Shown here one piece after another: positions 50,213-61,513 of a stretch of 64,000 nucleotides of DNA. Below the pieces are notes generated by a model, which saw only the letters and a list, made by a program, of their open reading frames with translations, did no database searches and had not been told where the DNA came from. The position numbers and the translations under genes were made by a program. Each line of letters starts with the position of its first letter. The stretch's first letter is position 1. Where the stretch lies: positions 14,446,001-14,510,000 of the forward strand of contig JBHGNT010000014.1 in the NCBI GenBank assembly GCA_043228905.1, read 5' to 3'. This DNA comes from Azolla caroliniana. Its lineage: Eukaryota > Plantae > Polypodiophyta.

Positions 50213-51089
50213 GTGTGGCATATGTCTATGACATCGGCAAGAACTCCACTAGTCAAGATTGACAAGAGTCTAAAAGGACAAATTTGAATCAAGCAACTTG
50301 CCAAGACAAGCTAAGGTACCAAAAGGCTGAATCAAACCGGCCAAGGCACCAACCTCTCTGTCAGTTGATCCCGAAGATGTGGAGGATGGTTTGACATCGC
50401 CAAAATCCTATTGCAGGGGCGAGTCATCTAGAAGGACTCTTAAGTACGGTTCAACTAATGTCAATCAAAGGATCTGAACCATTCAAACTTGGCACCCAAG
50501 AGATCCGAACGAGTCCAAAGGCTAACAGAGTTCTATCAATTGGGCCTCAACTACGTCAATTACACGGATGCATGCGAACCAAGCTCTTACAAGGAAGTTA
50601 TAGCAACGTCGGATGCTGAGACATGGCCACAAGCCATGAAATCCGAAATTGACTTGATTCATCAGAATCAAACATGGAAGCTGGTGGAATTGCCGGTTGG
50701 AAGGAAGCCAAGTATGTATATGATACTGAGAAAAGCCCAAATACAAAGCTCGGCTCGTCACAAAGGGATTCAAACAAGAACATGGGGTTGATTACGATGA
50801 GATATTCTCATTAGTAGTCAAGATGACTACCCTTCGACTCCTACTTGGGGTCGTGGCGACTGAAGACCTAGAGCTTGGGCATCTTGTCGTCAGAACAACA
50901 TTCTTGCATGGAGACTTGGAAGAAGACACATATATGTCTCAACCGACAGGCTTCACGGAGATGGGGGAGAAGGTCACCTCGTATGTCGACTAAAGAAAAG
51001 CCTTTATGGCTTAAAACAAGCGCTGAGAATGTGGTATCAAAAGTTTGATACCTACATCCGATAGCTTGGCTACTGCCGGTCCAACTCCG

Positions 51090-51905
51090 TGACGGGAACT
51101 CAAGGCTCCTTATACGCAACGCTCGGCCACAACCGAGGTTAGAATCATACACAGAGAACGGGAAATAAAGAACGACACAATAGAAGAGAAGAGTACGCAG
51201 AATGTTTAACGTGGAAAACCCCAAACTAGGGAAAAACCACGGCAGCCCACAGGCTGCAAACTATCACTAGGTTAGTATGTACAGTAGTGAGTTCACGGAG
51301 GCAACGACCTCGTGCTCACGATCTTCGCCACAGGCGGCGGTTACAATAGAGGCAACGACCTCTTTCTCTCTCTCTCTCTCTATACACAATTACGCACTGT
51401 CTCCCTCCCTTGCACCAACAAGAATGACAACAACAACAATATCTAAAAGTTTGCCCTAAGTCATATTTATACTAATATGACTTTTTGGCTATTTACAAAT
51501 ATAGCCACGATGGGCTCTTCAGAAACATATTTACGAATATGTCTCTTCATCCGAAGAGCATTCCTCACCGGGTCTGCGCCATCCGGCTCTCCGTAGTCGG
51601 GTACTCCTCATCCGGTCCTCATCGGGTCTGCACCATCCGGCTCTCCGTAGCCGGGTACTCCTCATCCGGTCTTCACCGGGTCTGCATCATCCGGCTCTCC
51701 GTAGCCGGGTACTCCTCATCCGGTCCTCACCGGGTCTGCACCATCCGGCTCTCCATAGCCGAGTACTCCTCATCCGGTCTTCACCGGGTCTACATCATCC
51801 GGCTCTCCGTAGCCGGGTACTCCTCATACGGTTTCGGCCTCGGCCGAGTTTGTTCATCAACACTGTTCTTTTCTCTTCCCATCCGGAGGGACCTGTCTCC
51901 CAACA
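51090..51905 (-). repeat. Copia 3' LTR with five 54-bp tandem repeats (~51564-51830)
   Basis: Aligns with 60760-61513. Confidence 0.95.
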
Positions 51906-51934
51906 AACTCCCCCTTCACTTCGGCATGGGGTGT

Positions 51935-53094
51935 CTTACCAGTTCGATCCGCTTCCGGCATGCATCCAGCTTGTCGGGTATCAGAACTTTGGTCAGCATA
52001 TCTGACCCGTTCTCGGTCGTGTGGATCTTCGTCAGTGCGAACTCCTGGTCATCTACTCTTTCCCGGATCCAGTGATATCTTCGCTAGATATGCTTCGTTC
52101 GGGAATGGTAGGCCACATTCTTAGCAAGATGGATGGCGCTTTGACTGTCGCAATAGAGCCGGTATTCATCTTGCCGGATACCGAGCTCTCCGATGAAGTC
52201 CTTCATCCATAGGATTTCCTTGCCGGCTTCCACAACTGCCATGTACTCCGCCTCCGTGGTTGACAATGCAACCGTCTTCTGCAGTCTCGACTGCCACGAA
52301 ACAGCTCCCCCTGTATATGTCATTACATACCCGGATGTAGACCGGTTGGTATCCACATCAGCCGACATGTTCGAATCGGTGAAACCGTCAAGTTGAGATT
52401 TTCCGGAGCCGAATCGGAGACACATATTTGAAGTGCCCTTCAAATACCGGAGTATCCATTTGACCGCGTTCCAAGGCTCCTTGCCGGGATTGCTCATAAA
52501 CCGGCTCACCACTCCGACTGCGTATCCAATGTTCGGTCGGGTACAAACCATTGCGTACATCAGGCTCCCGACGGCAGAGGCATATGGAATCTTCATCATA
52601 TCCGCCTTCTCTGCTTTCGTCTTCGGGCTTTGCTTACTGGATAGCTTGCAATTTGCCGGAAGTGTCGATCCGACCGGTTTCGCATTTGACATGTTGAACC
52701 GGTGAAGCACCTTTGTCACGTACTTCTCATGTGACAGCCATAATTGCTTCGCTGACTGGTCCCGAATGATGTGCATCCCCAACATCTGTCTTGCCGGACC
52801 CAAGTCTTTCATTGAGAAGGTCCGATTGAGAGCCTTCTTCAGAATCCGTATTTTGACTTGGTCCTGTCCGACAATCAACATGTCATCCACGTATAGAAGG
52901 AGTATGAGGAAGTCGCCTCCTTCAAACTTCTTCACAAACACGCAGTGATCGGCCTGTGTCTTGTGGTACCCTTGATCGGTCATGAAGGAGTCAAACTTCC
53001 GGTACCATTGCTGGGGGGCCTGCTTTAACCCGTAGAGGCTCTTCTTCAACCGGCAAACCAGGTGCTCCTTCCCTTTCTCCACGAATCTTTCCGG
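51935..53094 (-). pseudogene. Copia RT C-terminal part and RNaseH
   Basis: [36 protein letters not shown] and RTKHI. Confidence 0.93.
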
Positions 53095-53708
53095 TGTCGT
53101 GAAGATTTTCGGCAATAGTGTGAAAATCTTATAAAACGTACGAAATCGAGTATGAATCACGTAGTACAATAATTGTGAAGATAACATTTTAAATAGATTT
53201 AATATCTAAGTACAAAATGATGGAGGTTTCGAATGCACTTTATTACACGAGAAACGGACAACTAAATGTCAAGATATGAGGGTATAAAGTTTGTAAAAGG
53301 AAAGGAAAAAATTGTGAGATATCCCACATAGGCACGACAAATACAGCTCTCATCATATATAAGGTGGAGCAAAAGATATTATCTTTGTGTCTATGTGTGG
53401 AGCATAGAGAGTTCAAGGTAACTTGAACTAAGAGTGGAGGTGGGCTAGCTACTCGTAAAGGGTTTTGGCCAACCAAAACCGGACCGGCGATGGAGCCGGT
53501 GATCCGGCGGCAATCCGGAGCCGGTGATCTCCGGCGGCAATCCGACGACGGTGATCCGACAGCATCTGGCGAGGCACCGATGATCCGACGGCATCCGACG
53601 AGGCACCGATAACCGACGGCATCCGGCGACGGTATCCGACGAACCGGCGTCCGACGACTAGATAAATAAATATATAAATATATATACATATTTACATATA
53701 CAAGGAGG

Positions 53709-53773
53709 GCAAGTAAGGATTCGAACCTTGCACCTCCAAGTTAGGAGTCAATTGGCTTACCATTAAGCCATGC
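53709..53773 (-). other. tRNA-like Pol III A/B-box cassette inside the Gypsy 5' LTR (second copy 57403-57468)
   Basis: Minus strand TGGCTTAATGGTAAGCC...CTCCTAA...AAGGTTCGAATCCTT. Confidence 0.7.
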
Positions 53774-54239
53774 TATTTAGTTAAAATTATATTTCTATCA
53801 TTGTACTTTTACATGTAAATTCTCATACATGAGAACTAAAATGAGTGACATGGTTATCATGCACCACATGTAATACATAAGCGCCAAATGGCAAACATAC
53901 AATTTATGCATGTCTTGTACCCTCACATGCATCATATGCATGAGAGCATCTATAAAAGAGGGAAAGGGGAGGAGAAAAAAACACGGTTTTTTTTATGAAA
54001 ATTAAGAGGAAGAAATTCGTTATCAAATTGATCGTGTAATCTCAACTTCTCTCTTTCCCAATCTATCTTAAGTACTTTCTCGCCAAAGCTTGTATCGACT
54101 CTAAATCCTTCTGGTCCAGAACCCCGGCGGTTCCGCCTCACGATCCGCGAGTAGTGACGGATCTTCACAACATAATTAAGTGGTGAACCCGACGTGAACG
54201 AGGCGGTAGGAAGGATCAAGTCGAGATTAATACTTGGAG

Positions 54240-57200
54240 ATGGCGTCCTCAAGTAACCAAGCGGGAGAGCTCGAAAGGATGATGCTAATCGTTGAGCAAA
54301 TGATGAGATCTCGGGACAACGACGCGAGCGTGGAGAAGGCTGTCGATCGTGTCGTAGAGCTCGAGGGCCAATTCGATGGAAGGAACGTTATGAAGTTCCT
54401 TGATGCATATAGAAGGGAGATGAATCAGAGGGACGTGTCTGAGGCACGTCAAATCGCAAGCTTCAAGAGAGTTGTCGCCAACAACATCCAAAGACGCGTC
54501 ATCGAGCTTCAAGAAGGTAAGACAACATGGTCCAAGTTCGAGAAAATGATACTAGCGGAGTTCGTGACTGAAGACTCAACGAGGATGACTCGACATGCCC
54601 TGATGAAGTGGATAGAGAAGAAGAATAAGAAGATGAGCGTCTCGAGGGTGTACGACAAATTCGACCAGATGTTTAGTCGTCTCCCCAATACGGACCAAGT
54701 GTTGCTTGAAGAGGACAAGACTTTGTACTTCTTGAAGGCCGTGGACATAAAGGATAGACGGGAGTTGGGGACTCTTCTCGAAGATGATACCCAAGCAAAT
54801 GGGCTCATAGTGGACTGGATCGCGGTGAAGCGGGCATGCAATAGGCTCGACAAGCGTCGCCAATGGGTTGATGACACTGACTTGACGGGACCGACTACCA
54901 CGGAGAAAGCAAGACCGCCGAAAGTAGCTGAGCCGCTGAGACAAAGTAACGTGGAAGAAAAGAAGATTGATGACGACATCATTGAAGAGCTAGCGAAGAA
55001 GTTCGAGAAGGTCACGCTAGCCAACATGAATCGTCGGGGCCCTAAAGGAAAAGAACCCTTTAGATGCGTGTGGTGCGATAGCATGGACCACATGAGAAGG
55101 GATTGTGCGAGCCTTCGAGAGGCGATTCGACAAAATATTGTATACATAGAGGACAACATGATCTGCTCAAGCGAGACTAGAAGACCCCTACGGGTGAATT
55201 TCGGAAGAGGAGGAATGAAGAAATCTATGGAGGATGCCGATGCGACTCATGTGGATGCGATGCACTATGCTGCGTCAGCCGGAATAAGAGTCGGGAAAGA
55301 CAAGACTGAAGCTGCTAGAGCGGGAGCAAAGTTTTGGACTTTCGTTCTCGAATATGAGAAGAAGGGAAAAGTCACATCGAACGAGGTAGAGCTTGCGGAC
55401 CGAAACGTGCAAAGCATAACCGGGTGGTCGGATCCGGTGGACGACAACACCATACTCGCAGAGGTGATGTGCGACAACCACGAGGTGTTCGTCGAAGAAA
55501 AGAGAAAGAGAATAGAAGAGCAAGGCCCATCAAAAAGACATGAAACAAGGAACGCGAAAAAGAAGGACGATACGGAGACGAGTCGACCTTTACAAACGGA
55601 GGAACGAGAATCAAGCCGAAAAGGGGAGCCAAGCATACGAGTTGAAGAAACGGTTCGGCCCGTGAAGGTTGGTGTCGAAGACCCCGCTCGGAGGACAAGG
55701 ACCATACCTACCTATAAGCTAAGGTCGGACATAGAGCAGATGACGGACCTAAAGAAGATTCTCGAAGAACGAGTTCTTGATAGCCACGTAACTTTGTCCT
55801 TGAGGGAATTGCTTGGCATTACGAAGAAGGAGTTCCATGACACGATCGTGGACCTTGTAAAGAGAAAGAGACAACAATCGGACGAGGAAGAAGAGAAGCC
55901 GCAAAAAGCAAAAACGAATGCCATAACGATGGCAAGAGACGAAATCGATGAAGATATGGTGGACAACCACTACACTCGACCTCATTGGGCATGAGCGACA
56001 ACGGAGACGCCGGTGAAGATCGGGGAGAAGAAAGAGACCGTCGTAGCCTTGATCGACCATGGCTCGGAGATCAACCTCATGTCAACCGACTTCTACAAAA
56101 AGGGAATATGGCCAATCAATACAAACCACGGATGGAAGATTCGCGTGGCAACAAAGTCTACGGAGGACTTGTACGGAGCTTGTCCCAATGTCAAATTCAC
56201 GATCGGGGATGTGGAGATGGATCAACACTTCTTCGTACAAGAATCGGCGTCGCATCCTGTCATCCTAGGGCAACCTTATATCACATCATCTCGGATGGAG
56301 ACCAAAGTGTTCGATAATGGAGCAGCCTTCGCACGAATAAAGAGTCTTGACAACCAAAGATCGGTCCAATTCCTAACGGTGCGAGCCAATCATGAAAGGA
56401 ATCGAGATAGTCTCGGAGGCGAATCCTCAGATTTTTTGCGCGGACTATTGAAGCATGGGGCACAAATAGTCCGAGCAATCACAAGACCCCACAAGAAAGA
56501 AGAGTGCGTGGATTGCAAGGAGAAGCAACATGTGTCACACCTAGTGGCGCATGAAAACTAGTACTACCCGACAAGAAGCACAAGCACCGGATACAAGAAT
56601 TCGAGAAGATGCTGAAAGAAGAGAACATAATAGAAGAAGGGGAGTTCGTGACTCATATTATGGAAGAAGCCTCATTTAACAACACCATCGGCGAAATCGA
56701 GGACGTCGTGGACTTGAGCTATCTTCACAACCAATGCGTGATTTCGGTTAACTCCGTCAACATGTACTCTATCATCGATGAATACCGTCGTGGCATCTCG
56801 ATGAAGGAAGCTGACATCAACACGAAATATAAAACGGTGGATAAGAAGATCAAGCCAGTTGCGGTTCCGCTACTAGAAGATAGCTGGCAAAAGATGAAGG
56901 AAGTCGCTAACGATCCAAGCTTAAGAGATCCGAAGAAGATAGGTCATGTCTTCACCAAAGAGACGAAGGGGAAGCTACGAGTTGGAAAGGAGAATTTCCT
57001 TCTCCCTGAAGAGGACCGAATGTTTCGCGATATGCTTGAGAGACATGGGAAGGCTTTCGCATTCTTCCCACGAGAAATCGGATGCGCCGACCCAAAGGTT
57101 ATAGAGCTGATGGTGATCTTCACAGTGCCTCATGTGCCTTGGAATTTGAAACCGATACCGGTTCCGAGAGCACACCTTCCGAAGCTGATCGAGCTCTTAA

Positions 57201-57330
57201 AGGAGAAGGTGAGTATGGGAATTCTAGAACCGTCGAATGCTCCTTATTCCAATAGGTGGTTCACGGTGCCGAAGAAGAATGGATCATTGTGATTCATCCA
57301 AGATCTTCAACCCGTCAACAAGGTGACAAT
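54240..57330 (+). pseudogene. Gypsy gag (CCHC), aspartic protease and truncated pol (RT start)
   Basis: CVWCDSMDHMRRDC, ALIDHGSEINLM, KYKTVDKKIKPV and PYSNRWFTVPKKNGSL*FIQDLQPVNKVTI. TGA stops at 55992, 56552 and 57290. Confidence 0.92.
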
Positions 57331-57870
57331 CCGGCGAACCGGCGTCCGGCGACTAGATAAATAAATATATAAATATATATACATATTTACATATACAAGG
57401 AGGGCAAGTAAGGATTTGAACCTTGCACCTCCAAGTTAGGAGTCAATTGGCTTACCATTAAGCCATGCTATTCAGTTGAAATTATATTTCTATCATTGTA
57501 CTTTTACATGTAAATTCTCATACATGAGAACTAAAATGAGTGACATGGTTATCATGCACCACATGTAATACATAAGCGCCAAATGGCAAACATGCAATTT
57601 ATGCATGTCTTGTACCCTCACATGCATCATATGCATGAGAGCATCTATAAAAGAGGGAAGGGGGAGGAGAAAAAACACGGTTTTTTTTATGAAAATTAAG
57701 AGGAAGAAATTCGTTATCAAATTGATCGTGTAATCTCAACTTCTCTCTTTCCCAATCTATCTTAAGTACTTTCTCGCCAAAGCTTGTATCGACTCTAAAT
57801 CCTTCTGGTCCAGAACCCCCGCGGTTCCGCCTCACGATCCGCGCGTAGTGACAGATCTTCACGACACCGG

Positions 57871-60730
57871 TTGCTGCATGTAGATCTCTTCTTCGAGGTC
57901 ACCGTGAAGGAATGCCGTCTTCACGTCTAGCTGCTCTACCTCGAGGTCCATGCTTGCCACTATACTCAGCACCGTCTGGATGGAGGTCATCTTTACTAAC
58001 GGGGCAAATATCTCGTCGAAGTCCACGCCCTTCTTCTAGTGGAACCCCTTCACCACGATCTTGGCTTTGTATCTCGGGGGGTTGCCGACATCTCCCGGTT
58101 TCAACTTGTACACCCACTTGTTTCGGAGTGCCCGCTTTCCTTTCAACAACTCCACCAATTCGTACGTATGGTTCTCATGCAGGGAATCCATCTCATCCTG
58201 CATGGCACTTAACCATTTTCGGTTGTGGGTGTCATCCTTCGCTTCTTCGAAGCTTTCCGGCTCCCCCTCATCAGTCAGCAGAACATGATCTGCATCCGGA
58301 AATCTCCGGGGGGGCCTTCTCTCTCTGAGAGGATATCTCCGTCTCTGGGCTTCAGTGACCGGCTCATCCATCTGCTCTTCAACCGAATCCGATTCGGGGT
58401 CTTGGCCGGTTCCGGTTTCAACTTCCTCTACTTCTTCTTCTGCCGGTTCGATATCCTCACCGTAACCGGCTGGCTCCTCGAGTGCTAACCGGTCTCTTGC
58501 CGGTTGGGTCTGTTCATTGTAGAGTCTATCCTTACCGGTCGACTCGGAGTTCATTATCTTCTTCTCCGACTCCCAGTCGGCGAGCGTCTTGTCCTCCATG
58601 AAGATAATATCTAGACTCCGGCATACCTTCTTGTCGACCGGGTCCCACACTCGGTAGCCGAACTCATCGTCGCCGTAACCGAGGAATATGCATGGCCGGG
58701 TCTTTGGATCTAACTTTCCTCTCCAGTCCTTAGCTACATGCACGTACGCGAGACACCCGAACACCTTCAGATGCCGATAGGATACTTCCTTACCGGTCCA
58801 CACTCTCTGTGGCGTGTCTCCGTCCAAGGGTACTGAGGGTGATCTGTTTATCACGTATGTTGCCGTCGACAATGCCTCAGCCCAAAACTTCTTGGGTAGT
58901 TTTGCATGGGCTAGCATACTCCAAACCCTCTCCATTATAGTCTGGTTCATCCTCTCGGCCAGTCCGCGTTTAGTTCCGGCCTCTTCGACACGGTAAATTC
59001 GAGCCGGATTCCCTTCGAGCGGCAGTACTCCTCGAACTGCCCCCGGTATTGTCCTCCGTTATCTGCTCGAACCGCCTTCAGCTTTCGGCCGGTTTCTCTT
59101 TCCACTCTCGCGTGGAGCTCTTTGAAGACGGATAACACCTGATCCTTCGTCTTCAACGGTGTGGCCCACAGCTTCCGGTTGTGGTCATCTATGAACGTCA
59201 CGAAGTACTGCGCTCCGGCATGTGACTTTGTGTCTACTTGACACACATTCGTATGCACCAACTCCAGTGGTGCATTACGTCTCATCGGTGGCCTTGGTCG
59301 GAAGGAGGTCCGGTTCTGCTTACCGGCTAGACAATCAGTGCACTTCTTTAAGTGCACGTTCTTCACTGGAATGAGGTTGTCGTCTGCAAGCCTCTTCATC
59401 CCCTTCTCGCTCATATGACACAACCTCTTGTGCCACAGCTCACCGGCAGTGTCGGATGCCACGTTCACTTTTTCCGGGCATTCATCAGGTACAATGTGTT
59501 TACCTTCCGGGCCCGTGCCACAATCAGGCTCCCCTTGCTGAACTTCATGACACCGTTCCGGATCCTACCCGTGTAGCCTTCATCATCTAGCCGACCGACT
59601 GATATCAGGTTCAGTCGAACCTCCGGAACGTGTCAGACATCCTTCAGCAGCAACTTGCATCCAGTTGGTGTCGACAACCACACGTCTCCTATGCCGACAA
59701 TTTGGCATGTACCTTCATTCCCCATTCGGACACAGCCGTGATCACCGGCTGAGTAGGATGAGAAGCATTTCCGGTCCGGGGTAAGGTGGAACGACGCTCC
59801 GGAGTCTACCACCCAGGTCATCTCGTCGCCGAAAAGGTTTATCTCACTCTCCTCGGTGATGAGCATCAACTCCTCTTCACTTGCCGCGATTGCCGTTGTT
59901 CCCTTCCGATCCGGCCCCCTCCGATCTTTACCGTTCCGGTCCAGGGTCCGCTTCGAATCGGTACCGTCGGTTTCCTTGTCTTTTCGGAAATGCCGACAGT
60001 TCTTTTGGAAGTGTCCCAGCTTGCCACAATAGAAGCAAGTAGGCCTTCCCCTTGACTTTGACCGTGTCCCCGACTTCTCCCAGTTCTGGGGACTACGGTT
60101 TCTATGTCTTCCACGTTCCGATTCGGTAAGGAGCGCTTTGGAGTCAGAGCTCGTATCTTTATCTTTCCGACGCGCCTCCTCATCTAGCAAGCTCGCCTTT
60201 ACTCTTGCTAGGGATAACCGTTTCCCTTTCGGCCTGGCGTTGCCCAAAGTGACAACCAACGTCGCCCAGCTATCGGGGAGGGAACCGAGCAGGAGTAGCA
60301 CTAGTACCTCATCGGCGAGAGGTACTTCCAGTGATGTTGCCTGGTGGATCAGCCCTTGGAAGGCATTCATGTGCTCCGCCATGTTGGAGCCATCTTGGTA
60401 CCGGAGTCTTACTAGCTTCCGGAATACCGAAACCTGATTAACAACATTTTTGTTCTGGAACATAATGCTGATCTTCTCCCAAAGCTCATGAGCCTTGCTC
60501 TCTTCATTGAAGTTGTTGTACAGGCTCATGTCGATGAAGCACCATATGTACGCCGTTGTCTTCATGTGCATCACCTCCCATATCGCGACGTCGATTTTGT
60601 CCGGTCTCTTGTCCCCGAACTGAACCGGCAGCCAGAGGTCTTTAACCACGAGCATGTCCCTCATCTTCAACTTCCACACTGAATAGTTGGAGCCGGTGAG
60701 CTTGAACATGCCGCCAAACGATTCGTCCAT
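57871..60730 (-). pseudogene. Copia gag-protease-integrase-RT N-terminal part (stops and frameshifts)
   Basis: CFYCGKLGHFQKNC, WVVDSGASFH, LWHKRLCH, FIDD, RADNGG, FGCLAY and KWVYKLK. Confidence 0.93.
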
Positions 60731-60759
60731 TTTCTGTGTCGTTTCGCTCTGATACCACT

Positions 60760-61513
60760 TGACGGGAATCAAGGCTCCTTATACGCAACGCTCGGCCACA
60801 ACCGAGCTTAGAATCATACACAGAGAACGGGAAATAAAGAACGACACAATGGAAGAGAAGAGTACGCAGAATGTTTAACGTGGAAAACTATCACTAGGTT
60901 AGTATGTACAGTAGTGAGTTCACGGAGGCAACGACCTCATGCTCACGATCTTCGCCACATGCGGCGGTTACAATAGAGGCAACGACCTCTTTCTCTTTCT
61001 CTCTCTCTCTCTCTGTACACAGTTACGCATTGTCTCTCTCCCTTGCACCAACAAGAATGACAACAACAACAGTATCTAAAAGTTTGCCCTAAGTCATATT
61101 TATACTAATATGACTTTTTGGCTATTTACAAATATAGCCACGATGGGCTCTTCAGAAACATATTTACGAATATGTCTCTTCATCCGAAGAGCATTCCTCA
61201 CCGGGTCTGCGCCATCCGGCTCTCCGTAGTCAAGTACTCCTCATCCAGTCCTCACCGGGTCTGCACCATCCGACTCTCTGTAGTCGGGTACTCCTCATCC
61301 GGTCTTCACCGGGTCTGCATCATCCGGCTCTTTGTAGCCGGGTACTCCTCATCCGGTCCTCACCGGGTCTGCATCATCCGGCTCTCCGTAGCCGGGTACT
61401 CCTCATCCGGCTCTCCGTAGCCGGGTACTCCTCATACGGTTTCGGCCTCGACCGAGTTTGTTCATCAGCACTGTTCTTTTCTCTTCCCATCCGGAGGGAC
61501 CTGTCTCCCAACA
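60760..61513 (-). repeat. Copia 5' LTR with ~4.5 54-bp repeats and a ~43-bp deletion relative to the 3' LTR
   Basis: Aligns with 51090-51905. Confidence 0.95.

Larger units (their letters stand above)
53095..57866 (+). mobile_element. Ty3/Gypsy element, internally deleted, with 4-bp TSD (CCGG) and tRNA-Trp PBS
   Basis: Termini TGTCGTGAAGA / TCTTCACGACA. CCGG at 53091-53094 and 57867-57870. 5' LTR 53095-54172. PBS TGGTGAACCCGACGTGA at 54181-54197. Partial 3' LTR ~57329-57866. Confidence 0.95.
51090..61513 (-). mobile_element. Full-length Ty1/Copia element with both LTRs, Met PBS, PPT and 5-bp TSD, interrupted by a Gypsy
   Basis: 5' LTR 60760-61513. PBS TGGTATCAGAGC at 60757-60746. PPT ~51906-51918. 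3' LTR 51090-51905. TSD CTCCG. Confidence 0.97.

Noticed and set aside
51485-52075. 196-aa ORF with 18-aa repeats
   Set aside because: Antisense translation of the 54-bp LTR tandem array.
53243-53689. 148-aa Pro/Arg-rich ORF
   Set aside because: Arises from the GC-rich ATCCG(A/G)CG repeat tract within the Gypsy LTR.
54285-56060. Several long minus-strand ORFs over the Gypsy gag
   Set aside because: Antisense shadows of a purine-rich coding strand.
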